A DNA stretch of 64,000 nt from the human T2T-CHM13v2.0 reference genome, Homo sapiens: the NCBI RefSeq assembly GCF_009914755.1, contig NC_060930.1; one strand, given 5' to 3'. The notes beneath the pieces are model-generated. The model made no database searches. It had not been told where the DNA came from and saw only the letters and a program-made list of their open reading frames with translations. Below, piece after piece: positions 50,157-64,000 of the stretch; the stretch's first letter is position 1; each line of letters begins with the position of its first letter. The position numbers were made by a program, and so were the translations under genes.

Positions 50157-52269
50157 TGTTTATTTTTATTTACCTGATGTGTTTTAGTTATTTGTATTTC
50201 TTCTTCTACAAACTGCCCATTCACATCCCATGCCAGGAGCTTAGAAATGAGGGTGGGACACACAGCGGGTGTGATCATCTCTGGCAGGGAGGAAAACTAC
50301 CACTCACATTATTTGGGACTGCTGTGCATGGTGACAATAAAAAGCAGACTGGCTTGTGGTTGGTCTTATTACCATTAAATATTCTCTGATAGACAATGCA
50401 CCTCCCACCCCATCTTCCATTGCCCTTGCCCACTTTCTTCTGAGTTGTCTTTTCTTATTACTTTGTACTATTTCTTTTTTTCCTGGACGTTAATGCTTCG
50501 TTGTATTTACTGTGACTATATTCTCCCAATCTATCCTTGGCTTTTATTTATGTTTACCTATTTTGCTCCCTTTAACTTTTGAAGATTATTAATTAACACG
50601 TGTGGCAGACAATTAGTTTGTTATAAAAAGCTCTCCTTCTCCTTCCTCTTGGTATTGCTTTAAATTACTCCCAGACTGAATTGAAGGACTTCAATATCGG
50701 TTTTCTAATAATGGGCAAGGGAGAAGCCAGATGGTCCACCTACAACTATATAGCTAGTCAGTGCTAAATATTTTGGGGAGATGAATTGTATCACAGCAAA
50801 AAATCTCTTGGCACAAAGAATGAGTTATGGGCATGGCTGATAGGCCAGTAGGATCTGCAATCAGTCCTGGTTTGCTACCTTCTGACTCACTGATTAAAAC
50901 ATAAATGGATTGGACACTATTTCTCTTTGGCTTTTGGTTCAGGGAAACTATTCAGGGGCTTGATTTCAGCTGGATAATAGCAGAGAAAAAGGAGACTGGG
51001 ACTCCGCCTCCAAGGACGTCACCCTAGTTAAAGATAGTAACCATCTGAAGAGCTCCTCTCCGCTTAGGCAGGCCAGAATCAATTTAGCCTGTTTGCTACC
51101 ACTTCTTGTGCTCCATGCTCTGCAGCTGGTCTCTGTGAGGAATGGCATGGAGAATTTCTCAAGACATACTCCTTTTCTTGCCTGGGGATGGAGCTGTGAG
51201 TCCATGATGACTGTCACATTGGGCTGGTGGTGCATGCAATTATTTCATGAATAGCTGACACTATACTTGCAGCCTCACACACCTGCCTGTTTGTTCAGAA
51301 GCCAAAAAAAGTGAGCCTTGTGACATTGTAAGCAAAAGAGGATTAGTTGAGCAAACAAAAGTCTGCAGCAAGATGGGATCCTATGAAAAAGTAGCTAGCC
51401 ACATGACTCAAATTACATCTGCAGTGTTTCAGCTTTTCAGTTCCCAGCCCCAACACATACACATTGTAAACTTGCATATAACCATCACCCTTACATAGGC
51501 TCCATTACTTTATTATGCATAAATAGAGTCACATGCAACTACAAGCATTCATATAGAACTACATACATACAATGCACTCCCAGAAAACTGCACATACCGG
51601 CACGTTTTACACACAAATATTCATACGTACCCTCACACACAAGTACACACTGACACATAAATACATGAACACACAAATAACCACACACACATTTCATAAA
51701 ACCCCCATTCTCTAGCAAGAACCTACACTCTCTACTTGGAGATCTGGGTATCATTTCTAATAGACATGCTGTCAGAGTTTTCCTTCTTGTTTTTTAGTTG
51801 CTGAACATTTTGGGGTGAATGAGACAGCCCAGAGTCTCTTCCAGGCCCTTCCCATGGTGCTGAGTTCCTAGCACTGGAAGTGGAAGGAGTCATCAGGCCT
51901 GAGTCACACAACAAGGTGCTCTGATCTGGAGCAGACAGGGTCAAGGTGTGGGTGGTCGTGAAACACTTTGCTTAGCCTTGTAACCACTGTCATTCCAGGG
52001 GCTAGCACAGAACCTCATGCAGAGAAGGCCCTCAATGTATGTTGAATAAATCCTTCCTCTTTCCCTATTTAATTTTTAAACTTAAAAGAAATTATATGAG
52101 TAATTTCTTGTCTCCTTTTTCTTGCCTGACTTAACAGAAGTAACCCAAATGACGTGCAGGTCTCATAGAATAAAACTCTCCCTGGAGGTGGGGAAACTTC
52201 ATAATCTCTTGAGATTTTAATTGGAGACACCAAAATCCTTACGTATCTAGTAAGAAATCTCTAGTCTGA

Positions 52270-52390
52270 GGTTCTCATCTTATAGGTGAGTTAACTGAGG
52301 CCCAGAGATGTTAAGCAATTTCTCCAAAGTCACCCAGCTAGTTGGCAGCAGAGCAGGGACTAAGCATTCAATAGGCTGATTCCTGGATGA
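52270..52390. mobile_element. MIR fragment
   Basis: ataggtgagttaactgaggcccagagatgttaagcaatttctccaaagtcacccagctag. Confidence 0.7.
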
Positions 52391-52577
52391 GTACTATCCT
52401 TGATTAAACTTGGATACTTTTATTCCAGGAATAACTTGTTGATAAGAATGTTAAGAAGACAAATGAACGTGAATTTCTTTACTCAGAGCATTACAATAGT
52501 CTGACTGTGAGGAATTATACTGGTTTGGGTAGAGCATTTACTATATTCTAATAAATCTGGCCTGTGGTATCACACTG

Positions 52578-52956
52578 TATATTAATCTGTTCTCACACTG
52601 CTATAAAGAACTGCCCAAGACTAGGTAATTTATAAAGGAAAGAGGTTTAATGGACTCACAGTTCCACATAGCTGGGACTGGACATGGGGAAGCTTCAGGA
52701 AACTTACAATCATGGCAGAAGGGGAAGCAGGCACATCTTACATGGTGGCAGGCCAGAGAGAGCTTGTATGAAGGAGGAGCTGTCAAACACTTATAAACAT
52801 CTCATAAGAACTCACTCACTATCATGAGAACAGCATGGGAAAAACTGCCCCCATGATTTAATCACATTCCACCGGGTCCCTCCCTCAACACTGGGGATTA
52901 TGGGGATTACAATTCAAGATGAGATTTGGGTGGGGACACAGAGCCAAACCATATTA
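52578..52956 (-). mobile_element. THE1D/MSTA-type MaLR solo LTR
   Basis: ttctcacactgctataaagaactgccc...gagatttgggtggggacacagagccaaaccatat. Confidence 0.88.
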
Positions 52957-53880
52957 TACTTGTAGTACTCTCATCTAATATATATTTAATCTCATGACTT
53001 CAGATATGATTAAAGTAGTCCTGTTGCACTAGTTCTATAAACTTGAACTCTGACTTTGAAATTTTCTTTGTATATGGGATTTCTGAATACTTTATGGCTT
53101 GTTACATCTTCCTAGTACATATATTAGAGCAATCTCAGGCTCATGACAGTTTTTATCCGTGCTCTACTTAATAGGTATGAAACAGATAATGCTGGTTATC
53201 ATTTCCCTAGAGCAACAAAACCACTAACTGTCTCATCAATTTTGAAATGCTCGAATTTGTTTTAGAACCCTGACCTTTAGCCAATGCTATGATTTATGGT
53301 ATTATCATCTTTCCTGTCACTTCATAAACAGTTTGACTTTTTCTCTTGTTTTATTATTTACCACATTCGTATTTTTCCTGAGTTGGTCTCTTATTTATTT
53401 TTTGAGCTGTGTTGAGTTTAAATATCTTGCTCTACCCCATGTCCAGGAGGTTTATGTGGAAACCTGTATGTGTGTGTTGAAATCTTTAAGTACAATGTGT
53501 GGAAAAGCTTTGTAACAACATGTATGAATGCTGGGTATTTGTATTTACATAGTCATGTTTATTCTATAAATAATATAATATGCTTCCATGTTTTTATGAT
53601 AAAGTGAAATATATAAAATTTTACTACACAATGTAAACACTCAAATCTGGTACCTATTAATAGCTATCATTCTCACCTGTACTACTGTGTCCTCCCTAAA
53701 AGCCAAACTAACATAATGTTAAACTTAAAAACACATTCAAATAATTTAAAATGCACTATTTTATATACTGGATGCTGACAGTGGTTAAATTAGAGTGATA
53801 TAATTATGAGTAAGTTTTCTCTATTTTCTGAATGTTTATTATGTAATTTTATTATTTTTATAAGAGACTGCCTTTACTAT

Positions 53881-53946
53881 ATATAAATATATATTTTTAT
53901 ATAAATTTATATATATATAAATAAATATAGATAGATAGATAGATAT
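53881..53946. repeat. (TA)-rich / (GATA)n low-complexity tract, probably a decayed AluJ tail
   Basis: Lies between the left AluJ TSD (gcctttactat, 53870-53880) and the Alu T-tract. Confidence 0.7.
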
Positions 53947-55609
53947 TTTTTTTGAGACAGTGTCTCACTGTCACCCAGGCTAGATACAGTGGCAGGAACA
54001 TGGCTCATTGCTTCCTTGACCTCCTGGACTTGGTGAGTCTCATGAGATCTGATGGTTTTTTAAGTGTCTGGTGTTTCCTTTGGTTGCACTCACTCACTCT
54101 GTCCTGCCACCCTGTGAAGAAGGTACCTGCTTCTTCTTCACCTTCTGCCATGATTGTTAAGTTTCCTGAGGCCTCCCCAGCCATGCAGAACTATGAGTCA
54201 ATTAAGCCTCTTTCCTTTATAAATCATCCAGTCTTAGGTATTTCTTTATAGCAGTGTGAGAATGAACTAATATAGTAAATTGTTACCAAGATAGTGGGGT
54301 GCTGCTATAAGGATACACAAAAATGTGTAAGTGACTTTGGAACTGGGTAACAGGCAGAGGTTGAAACAGTTTGGAGGGCTCGGAAGATGTGGGAAAGTTT
54401 GGAATTCCCTTCCTAGAGACTTGATGAATGGCTTTGACCAAAATGCTGATAGTGATATGGACAATGAAGTCCAGGCTGAGGTGACCTCAGATGGTGATGA
54501 AGAACTTGTTGGGAACTAGAGTAAAGGTCACTCTTGCTATGCTTTAGCAAAGAGACTGGCAGCATTTTGCCCCTGCCCTAGAGACCTGTGGAACTTTGAA
54601 CTTCAGAGAGAGGATTTAGGATATCTATGGAAGAAATTTCTAAGGGGTAAAGCATTCAAGAGGAAGCAGAGCATAAAGGTTTGAAAAATTTGCAGCCAGA
54701 TGTTGTGAAAGAAAATAAAAACCCATTTTGGGGGGAGAAAGTCAAGCCTGCTAAAACACTCCAGAAATTTGCATAAGTAATGAGGAGCTGAATGTTAATC
54801 ACCAAGACAATAGGGAAAGTGTCTCCAGGGCATGTCTGAGACCTTCATAGCGGCACCTCTTATCACAGGCCTGGAAGCCTAGGAGGAAAAAATGGTTTTG
54901 TGGGCCAGACCCAGGGCCCCACTGCTCTGTGCAGCCTTGGGACATGGGGCCCTGCATCTCAGCTGCTCCAGCTCCAGCAGTGGCTAAAAGGGGTCAAGGT
55001 ACAGCTCAGGCCATTGCTTCAGAGGGTGCAAGCCCCAAGCCTTGGTGGTTTCCACGTGGTGTTGGGCCTGTGGGTGCACAGAAGTCAAGAATTAAGGTTT
55101 GGGAACCTCTGCCAAGATTTCAAAGGATATAAGGAAATGCCTGGATTTCCAGATAGGAATTTGCTGCAGGGGCAGAGCCCTCATGGAGAACTTCTACTAG
55201 GACAGTGCAGAAGAAAAATGTGGGGTCAGAGCCCCCACACAGAGTCCCCACTGAGACACCGCCTAGTGGAGCGTGGAGCTGTGAGAAGCGGGCCAAAGTC
55301 CTCCAGACCCCAGAATGGTAGATCCACCAACAGCCTGCACCATGTGCGTGGAAAAGCCACAGGCACTCAATGCTAGCCCATGAAAGCAGCTGGGAAGGGC
55401 ACTGCACCCTGCAAAGCCACAGGAGTGGAGCTGTCCAAGGCTACGGGAGCCCACCTCTAGCATCAGCATAACCTGGATGTGAGACATGGAGTCAAAGGAG
55501 ATCATTATGGAACTTTAAGGTTTAATGACTACCTAGTTGGATTTAGGCTTACATGGAACCTGTAGCCCCTTTGTTATGGCCAATTTTTCCCATTTGGAAT
55601 AGGTGTATT

Positions 55610-55776
55610 CCCTCCGGCCTGTGCCCACAGACCTAGGTGAGGACAGGCGCTCCTGTTTTCACACCCAAATGTTGCATTTTCCAAGACCACCCTGGCCTGC
55701 CACATCCCCCATCCTGTGTCTATAAAAACTTGGACACCTTAGCAGACACAGTGGCTGGATGTCAAGAGGAACACAT
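55610..55776 (+). repeat. 167 bp copy of 56190-56357 inside THE1D-int
   Basis: Alignment by eye gives ~87% identity; no TSD. Confidence 0.85.
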
Positions 55777-56126
55777 GCAATGCCTATACCCCCATTTTGT
55801 CTAGGAAGTAACTAACTTGTTTTTGATTTTACAGACTCACAGGCAGAAGGGACTTGCCTTATCTCAGATGAGACTTTGGACTTTTGGGTTAATTCTGGAA
55901 TGAGTTAAGACTTTGGGGGACTGTTGGGAAGGCATGATTATGTTTTAAAATGTGAGGACATGAGATTTGTGAGGGGCCAGGGGCAGAATGATATGGTTTG
56001 GCTCTGTGTCCCCACCCAAATCTCATCTGGAATTGTAATCCCCATAATCCCTATCTGTCAAGGGTGGGACCAGGTGGAGGTAATTGGATCACAGGGGTGG
56101 TTTCCCCCATGCTGTTCTTATGATAG

Positions 56127-56952
56127 TGATATGGGATGGGGGCAGGGAAGTGCTGGTAGAGAAAGGCAGGGTCCCTGGTGAGGGCTGTACCCTCGAGCCT
56201 GTGCCCAGGGACCGAGGTGAGGACAGGCACTCCTGTTTTCACGCCCAAATGCTGCATTTTCCAAGACCATCCGGGCCCGCCACGCCCCCCCTTCCTGTGC
56301 CTATAAAAACTTTGACACCCTAGAAGACACAGCTGCTGGATGTCAAGAGGAACACATCAGCGGAAGAACGCACAGGCAGCTGGATGTCAAGAAGAGCAGA
56401 GGAGCGGAAGAGCACACCGACAGGCACCAGCAAATGCTGGTAGGCCATCAACAGTGGAACAATGTGGAATTTGGCTGGGGATGGTCAGAGAAGAGTCCGG
56501 ACGCTGGGCAGCCTGACTCCAGGGGAAGACACCTTCCCACTCCTTCCCCCTTCTGGCCTCCCCATTCACCTCACTGAGAACTACCTCCACTCAGTAAAAC
56601 CTTGCACTTATTCTCTAAGCCCACGTGTGATCCAATTTTTCTGGTACACTAAGGTAAGAACCCAGGAGAGAGAAAGCCCTCTGTCCTTGTGATAAGTCAG
56701 AGAGTCTAACTGAGCTGATTAATGCAAGCCACCTGCAGACGGCTAAACTGAAAGAGTGCACTGTAACACACGTCCACTGGGGCTTCCAGAGCTGTAAACA
56801 CTCAACCCTAGATGCTGCTGTGGAGTCAGTGCTCTCCACGACCTGCCCTTCTGCATGCTCCCCTAAGGGTATGAGCAGTAGGGCACCAAAGAAGCGAGCC
56901 ACACCCCCATCACATGTCCTGCAATGGGGATAAGGGAACTTTTCCCATTTCA
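56127..56952 (+). mobile_element. ERV1 solo LTR (LTR1/LTR27/LTR28 group) inside the THE1D 3' LTR
   Basis: TGATATGGG...GGGAACTTTTCCCATTTCA; perfect 4 bp TSD ATAG (56123-56126, 56953-56956); TATAAAA and AGTAAA motifs. Confidence 0.85.
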
Positions 56953-57715
56953 ATAGTGAGTGAGTTCTCACAGATCTGATTGTTTTATAAGCACCTGGCA
57001 TTTCCCCTGCTTGCACTCACTGCATCCTGCTGCCCTGTGAAGAAGGCACCTGCTTCTCCTTTGCCTTCCACCATGATTTTAAGTTTCCTGAGGCCTCCCA
57101 AGCCATGCAGAACAGTGAGTCGAGCCTCTTTCCTTTATAAATTACTCAGTCTTGTGTATTTCTTCATAGCAGTGTGAAAATAGACTAATATACAGGCTCA
57201 AGCAATCCTCCTGCCTCAGCCTCCCAAGTAGCTGGGACCACAGGTGCCTGCCACCACACCTGGCTAATTTTGTAATTTTTATAGAGATGGGATTTTGCCA
57301 TGTTGCTCAGGCTGATCTACAACTGCTGAGCTCAAGTGATCCTCCTGATCCACCCACCTTGGCCTCCCAAGGTCCTTGATTACAGACCTGAGCCACTGTG
57401 CCTGACCACCTTTATTATTCTAAAAGAAACACAAATAAGAAAACAAGGCAGCAACCCTACAAACCCTGTGCGTAAAAATTCTCCAGGTTGGAGCTGTGGT
57501 GTTAAAGTGTATTAAGGTCATCATGGGTTGGGCTTTTTATTGCTATCCTGCTTCCCCAAAAGGGCTCATCAGTTTATGTCCCTCTTCCTTTCATTGTTCT
57601 TAATAGTCTTACGGTTTTATCTTATATGTCATATCTTATCTTAAGATCTTACCCTCTATATAATAGCTTATAGATTTGAACTCTTTCACATTTTTTTGAA
57701 AATATGTAGTATATT

Positions 57716-58050
<335 letters not shown>

Positions 58051-58607
58051 CTATTCTAGATATTTTACCTATAACATATATACATATGTAACAGACACAA
58101 TAGCTATCAGATTGAAAATATTTCCTTTTCCTCTTGTAACATAATGTCTTCCTGCTTGGCTTCTAGCAAGTAGTTTTTGTGTTATTTGACATAAAATGTC
58201 ATCAACTGACTGTCAGTTCTGAAATAATGAGTTTTACACGTCGGTATGTTTTAGTTATGATTTGAGGTAATTGAACATTATATCACTTAAAAAAAAGTCA
58301 AAGTGGAATAGATGTTGGTATGAATAGAAATCCTGGGCTCTAAAATTCAGCAGGAAGAAGGACTTGCATTTGGGTTTAGCTGAGCTTGATTGTGCTGTTG
58401 AAATAATTTATCCTTTTTGTTATCTCCTGGCCAGGTGAAGTAGCTTCTGTGAATAATTTTTGTGCCATAGATCAATGAATTTCTAGGTTTATTTTGCTAG
58501 TTAAGTGTTTCTACCAAATATCCTTATTTGGTGGAAATGATTCTTTTTTATAGTTTGTTCTTGTCAGGAAAGATAATACTAAGTATCCTTTGAAAATACT
58601 GGTGTAA

Positions 58608-58904
58608 GCCCAGGCATGGTGGCTCACGCCTGCAATCCCAGCACTTTGGGAGGCCAAGGCAGGCAGATTACTTGAGGTCAGGAGTTTGAGACCAGTCTGG
58701 CCAACACGGTGAAACCCCGTCTCTACTAAAAATACAAAAGTTAGCCGGGCATGGTGGCAGGTGCCTGTAATCCCAGCTACTCAGGAGGCTGAGGCACGAG
58801 ACTGGCTTAAACCTGGGAGGTGGAGGTTGCAGTAAGCCGATATCACGCCACTGCACTCCAGCCTGGGCAATAGAGTGAGACTTAGTCTCACAAAAAAGAA
58901 AAAA
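58608..58904 (+). mobile_element. AluS (Sx/Sz-like)
   Basis: TSD gaaaatactggtgtaa / gaaaatattagtgtaa. Confidence 0.9.
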
Positions 58905-59943
58905 GAAAATATTAGTGTAAATACTCATCAATGGGACCAGAATTAAACTTAGGTCAAATTTTATACCTCCGTATTTATGTATATGTATGTGTGTGTGCAT
59001 TCACACGCACATGTGACAGAAGCTAGCATTTGTAGAACTTTTATCAAGAGAAACCACCAAAGAGACTTAACGTCAGTATTGAGGATACAACTTAATAGCG
59101 TTGAGAAAAATCTTCATTATTATCACATGAAAACTTCTGTTCCAACAGAGTGCTCTATGGATGATAACCTTAATTTTCAAGTTCTAAAATACAGAAATGG
59201 AAATTATTTAAACCTTGTGAAAATTGAACCCTTATGCCTCACTTGCCTGTGAAACCCTCCTTGCCACTTTATGATGAGAATGAACTTCGGAGGCCAGAGT
59301 CCTTATTTTCATTTCACATCTTCCATTAGCAAATTCTTTACATTTTAAATTATTTTACTTTCCCAAATACTGGATTTAACTACTGGTTAGAGGAGAATGG
59401 GCCAGGAAAATTGTCCTGAAACCATCTGCCTCTCCTGTTTCTTGTTGGTCTTATTGAAAAGCAGCATCAGTTTTACAACGAACACATGTTACTTTTATCA
59501 TCTCAAAAAAGGGGCTATTTAAAACGTGTACGTCAATACCAGGCCAAAAGGAGCAAAATCAGTCTTACAGGCAGGTCTTACCTTTTCTCCCTTCTTAGCT
59601 CACAGTCCTCTTCTCACAGCACGCTAGGAAATGTGGTGTTTGAGAAGCCCCTCCCAGGTCAGTGTGGACTGAGAGAGGGAGAAGAATCAAAACGCAGAGC
59701 AGCTGGGCCTCTTTGAGTCTTGTTCGATGAAATTCTTGGAGCAGTCAGGAGGGCTGGAGAGAGGAAAAGTGCATCGGCACCTTCTACGCTTCCTCCCTTC
59801 CTCCAGGAGGACGCACGGCAGAGAAGCCTGTGGAAACGTGGTCTCGTGGGAGGTTGGTACTGAGAAACATATCAGCTGGGTGAGCACTGTCCACCAGCAC
59901 TGCAGAGCCAGGCAGAGGAGTCTGGGTTTTGTTTTCTTATTAG

Positions 59944-60292
<349 letters not shown>

Positions 60293-60329
60293 TCCGTGAT
60301 TTGTAACTGTAGCCTCATTGTTATTTCTC

Positions 60330-60381
60330 CCTCCCTTTCTCTCTCTGTCTCTCTCTGTCTGTCACATACACACACACACAC
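60330..60381. repeat. (CT)n/(CA)n microsatellite
   Basis: ctctctctgtctctctctgtctgtcacatacacacacacacac. Confidence 0.8.
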
Positions 60382-60576
60382 CCCCGCCCCCAATATCTTC
60401 AAAGTGTTGACTACACGTAATTCTATTTAGTGACCAAAAACTTAATAAACTACAGAATAAAACCATAATTTTCATTAGGTATTGTCGAAACATAGAAGTA
60501 ATAAAAACAAAAATAAAATAAGTCAAAGTTAAAAAAATAAAATGAGTACTAGAGAATTTGGGAAGAGAAGTACCTT

Positions 60577-60582
60577 TTTAAT
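60577..60582 (-). terminator. Candidate TXLNB poly(A) signal ATTAAA
   Basis: + strand tttaat; the A-rich + strand run at 60500-60545 gives a U-rich downstream element on -. Confidence 0.55.
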
Positions 60583-62464
60583 AGATATATAAATTATAGT
60601 TATTTAACTTAGAAAACAATAACTTTAGTGTTTCTAGAAAGTAGATGGCATTTCTAAAAAATAGTTACATACACTTGATAAAGAACAGACATTCCTTCTG
60701 AATTTAGAACTTTATGAGTTATTGTTATAATTAGTAAGGCTAAATTTTAACACAAAGGACTATAATAAAACATTCTTTGAATATTAAAATAATTCCCCCA
60801 AAACCTATATTAAGCTTTACAAATTTCAGACAAGTCATTCCATCTGAAACTCTGTCCAAGATATACATGGCTGTGAGTAATGTGTTTCTGTGAAAGTCTT
60901 TTGGATGAAAATAATGAACTTTGGGTTTTAGAATATTTGATTTACTGCCTTTGGGTTCCTCTGCTGCCTGTTTCTCTTGCTAAATATTCAGACTGAGACT
61001 TTACTATGACTAATCTTACTCCATTCTTGGACGTTCTGCCTCTGCAGTGGGGAAGGAGACCCTCCTGGATTATGGTGAATATTTAGCTCTGAATCAAATG
61101 AATGTTTAAATCTCTAAGACTTGCAGTAATGTTGAATTTGGCTGGATACCCTGTGGTTATAATATTTTAAGCCTTTAAAAATATACAGATTCTCAAATAG
61201 CGACAAGCTTTTTTCCTGATTTTTTTTCCTGCCTAGCAACTTTGTTATTATCCTCACTGTCTACTTCAAACAAACTGTATGCAGTTTACAATTCTTGTAG
61301 CATATGGTTGCTGCCTACAAGCACTTTGTGTGCCTTGGCAAACAGCCACATGCAACATTGAAGAATGGTTTCCTGGATGAGTACTAGAGAATTTTGTTTC
61401 TATCCATTTTTCTACTTGAGTTCAACTTTCAAGATAGGGTTGGGTTAGACATTGTTTCTTTCTTCCCTTCTCCCTCCTTCCTTTCTTCCTTCCCTTTCCT
61501 CTCTCTCCCTCTCTTCTTTCCTGTTTCATTGTTGCAGCTATCCTTTACCCTAGGTAATTTATGTTGTCAGTATCATTAGAGGTTCTCATCAAGCAATGTT
61601 AATGTAATACTCATGTTGACAACCCCAAGTGTTTCTAGCTTTTGCCTTCTCCTGAATCCTCACCTATATTTCAAATCATTTTGGTTAAAATCCATTGGTT
61701 TTTTTGTTTTGTACTTCTGGCCTAAAGAGAAATCCTCATGGCAGAAAACGTGTTGGTTTGTAAGCCTCATCACTGATATTGAGACCCAGTGTAGATTTCT
61801 GTTTTGGAAAAACAATAGCTTTATTTAGCATTAATTGAGATGAGGGCTGGGTGTAATTTCCTGCTACAAAGGAGAAATTGGGAAGGAAGGAGCAGAAGCT
61901 TTTAGAATATAGAATGGGTCTGACAGCAAGAGATGAATATTATGTCTTGAGACATTGGTAGTGCAAGAGGCAGGGGATCAAAGCACAGCCCCTTCTTAGT
62001 GTGAGGTCCCTTAACCCCTCAATCCCTAGCTCCCCTTTCCCACTTCCAACCGTTTCCTTGCAGGAAGCCTGGAATGGGATGCCCTGGCACATGAGGGGGT
62101 GGCAAAGCAATGGGCTGAGAAGTGTAGGAGAAGCAGCTCCAAGAGGTGAGCTTGTGTTTCTCTTTTCTGTTTTGGGCCCCTTGTGGTCATCTTTGTGTCC
62201 ATGCTGTCTGCACAGATTGTAGTCTAACTGCTTTTCTGCCATTTGATCAACTGGTTGAATTCATTTATCTACCATTGGGTTACTTATTTTTGCCCAACAT
62301 AATGATAGCCTAAATACTTATAGTCCGAACTCTCTTCGGATTTATAGAGCATTAGTCAACCATAGTCTCAAGTGCAAGTAAGAGATCATTTTTTTGATTA
62401 GCATCTAAATATTCTGCATTGAGAAAAATGCATTAAGGGGTGAGAGAAATGTATGTGTAATAAT

Positions 62465-62585
62465 GCATTTATATATACATATAGATACGTGCATATATGT
62501 ATATAAACAAATATTCACACATCTATACATACGTGTATATATACATATAAGTACACACGTATGTATATATTATGTATATGTATAG
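62465..62585. repeat. Degenerate (TA/CA)n tract in the TXLNB 3' UTR
   Basis: atatatacatatagatacgtgcatatatgtatata...tatgtatatgtata. Confidence 0.7.
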
Positions 62586-63018
62586 TTTAAATGTAACCTG
62601 GGCATCCATAAATTACTATGGAACTTGTTAAACTATATATCCAAATAAGCAGAACATCACATTTTCAGTATTTATATATTGCAGTGGAAGTCTTTAAACA
62701 TCAAATCTTACTGGTGATTAACAAATTTAAGTATTATCTTAACAGAAAAGGAATATAAATTTGCTATCTGTATGTTTTGTTGCCCTTTGGGAAAATTATA
62801 CTGTCAACCAGTGTTAAATAGAAAACCTTCAAATCAGCTATAAATTGACAACAAATAGCAAAGTCTGAATGAATGTGTTCTGCCTAACATTAAAAAATGT
62901 CTTGATCCTAAGTCTCTTCCATTTGACATCTCTAGCCCTTAATGCCTTTTTCGGAAGACAAGCTGTTATGCTGAATATGCAAAGAGGCAGGAAGAAGCCT
63001 CTGAAGGCACGGTGAGGC

Positions 63019-64000
<982 letters not shown>

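Larger units (their letters stand above)
54031..57194 (+). mobile_element. THE1D MaLR provirus: partial 5' LTR 54031-54274, internal 54275-55988, 3' LTR 55989-57194 (interrupted)
   Basis: LTR ends ...gaactaatata / gactaatataca; internal starts gtaaattg; ggggccaggggcagaa precedes TGATATGGTTTGGCTCTGTGTCCCCACCC. Confidence 0.9.
53947..57407 (-). mobile_element. AluJ split into 53947-54030 and 57195-57407 by a THE1D provirus
   Basis: ...ccttgacctcctggact | THE1D | ggctcaagcaatcctcc...; outer TSD gcctttactat / acctttattat. Confidence 0.85.
60555..63018 (-). other. TXLNB: TXLNB 3' UTR (distal end approximate)
   Basis: Unique AT-rich sequence after the stop codon; ATTAAA on - at 60577-60582 followed by a U-rich tract; proximal AATAAA on - at 61820-61825. 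Confidence 0.7.

Noticed and set aside
54331-55505. ORFs within THE1D-int (up to 158 aa)
   Set aside because: Fragments of the degenerate MaLR internal ORF with many stops and frameshifts.
60444-60545. Cluster of + strand AATAAA suggesting an antisense transcript end
   Set aside because: Explained as the complement of the U-rich element downstream of the TXLNB poly(A) site; no exon evidence on +.

Overview
Human (primate) genomic DNA, mostly intergenic and dominated by transposable elements. The right end holds the last coding exon and 3' UTR of TXLNB (beta-taxilin) on the - strand. The first ~1.3 kb is an AT-rich 3' UTR ending at a strong + strand poly(A) signal; from recalled gene order next to TXLNB (6q24) this is probably HECA, so the window is the spacer between two convergent 3' ends. 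The spacer holds ~24 Alus, a full-length but ORF-disrupted L1PA4-like element inside an older L1PB, a 5'-truncated L1PA2, older L1M/L2/MIR, MaLR and ERV LTRs (including a THE1D provirus inside an AluJ) and DNA transposons. Almost all ORF-track entries are repeat-derived or spurious. I found no new multi-gene system. The most unusual items are: (1) a ~1.6 kb TSD-flanked retro-insertion of non-TE sequence that splits an MLT1C LTR; (2) two ~45 bp TSD-flanked micro-insertions; (3) a 167 bp locally templated LTR copy inside THE1D-int; (4) deep TE nestings; (5) two candidate enhancer islands. Repeat subfamily names come from recalled consensus motifs, not from a database search.
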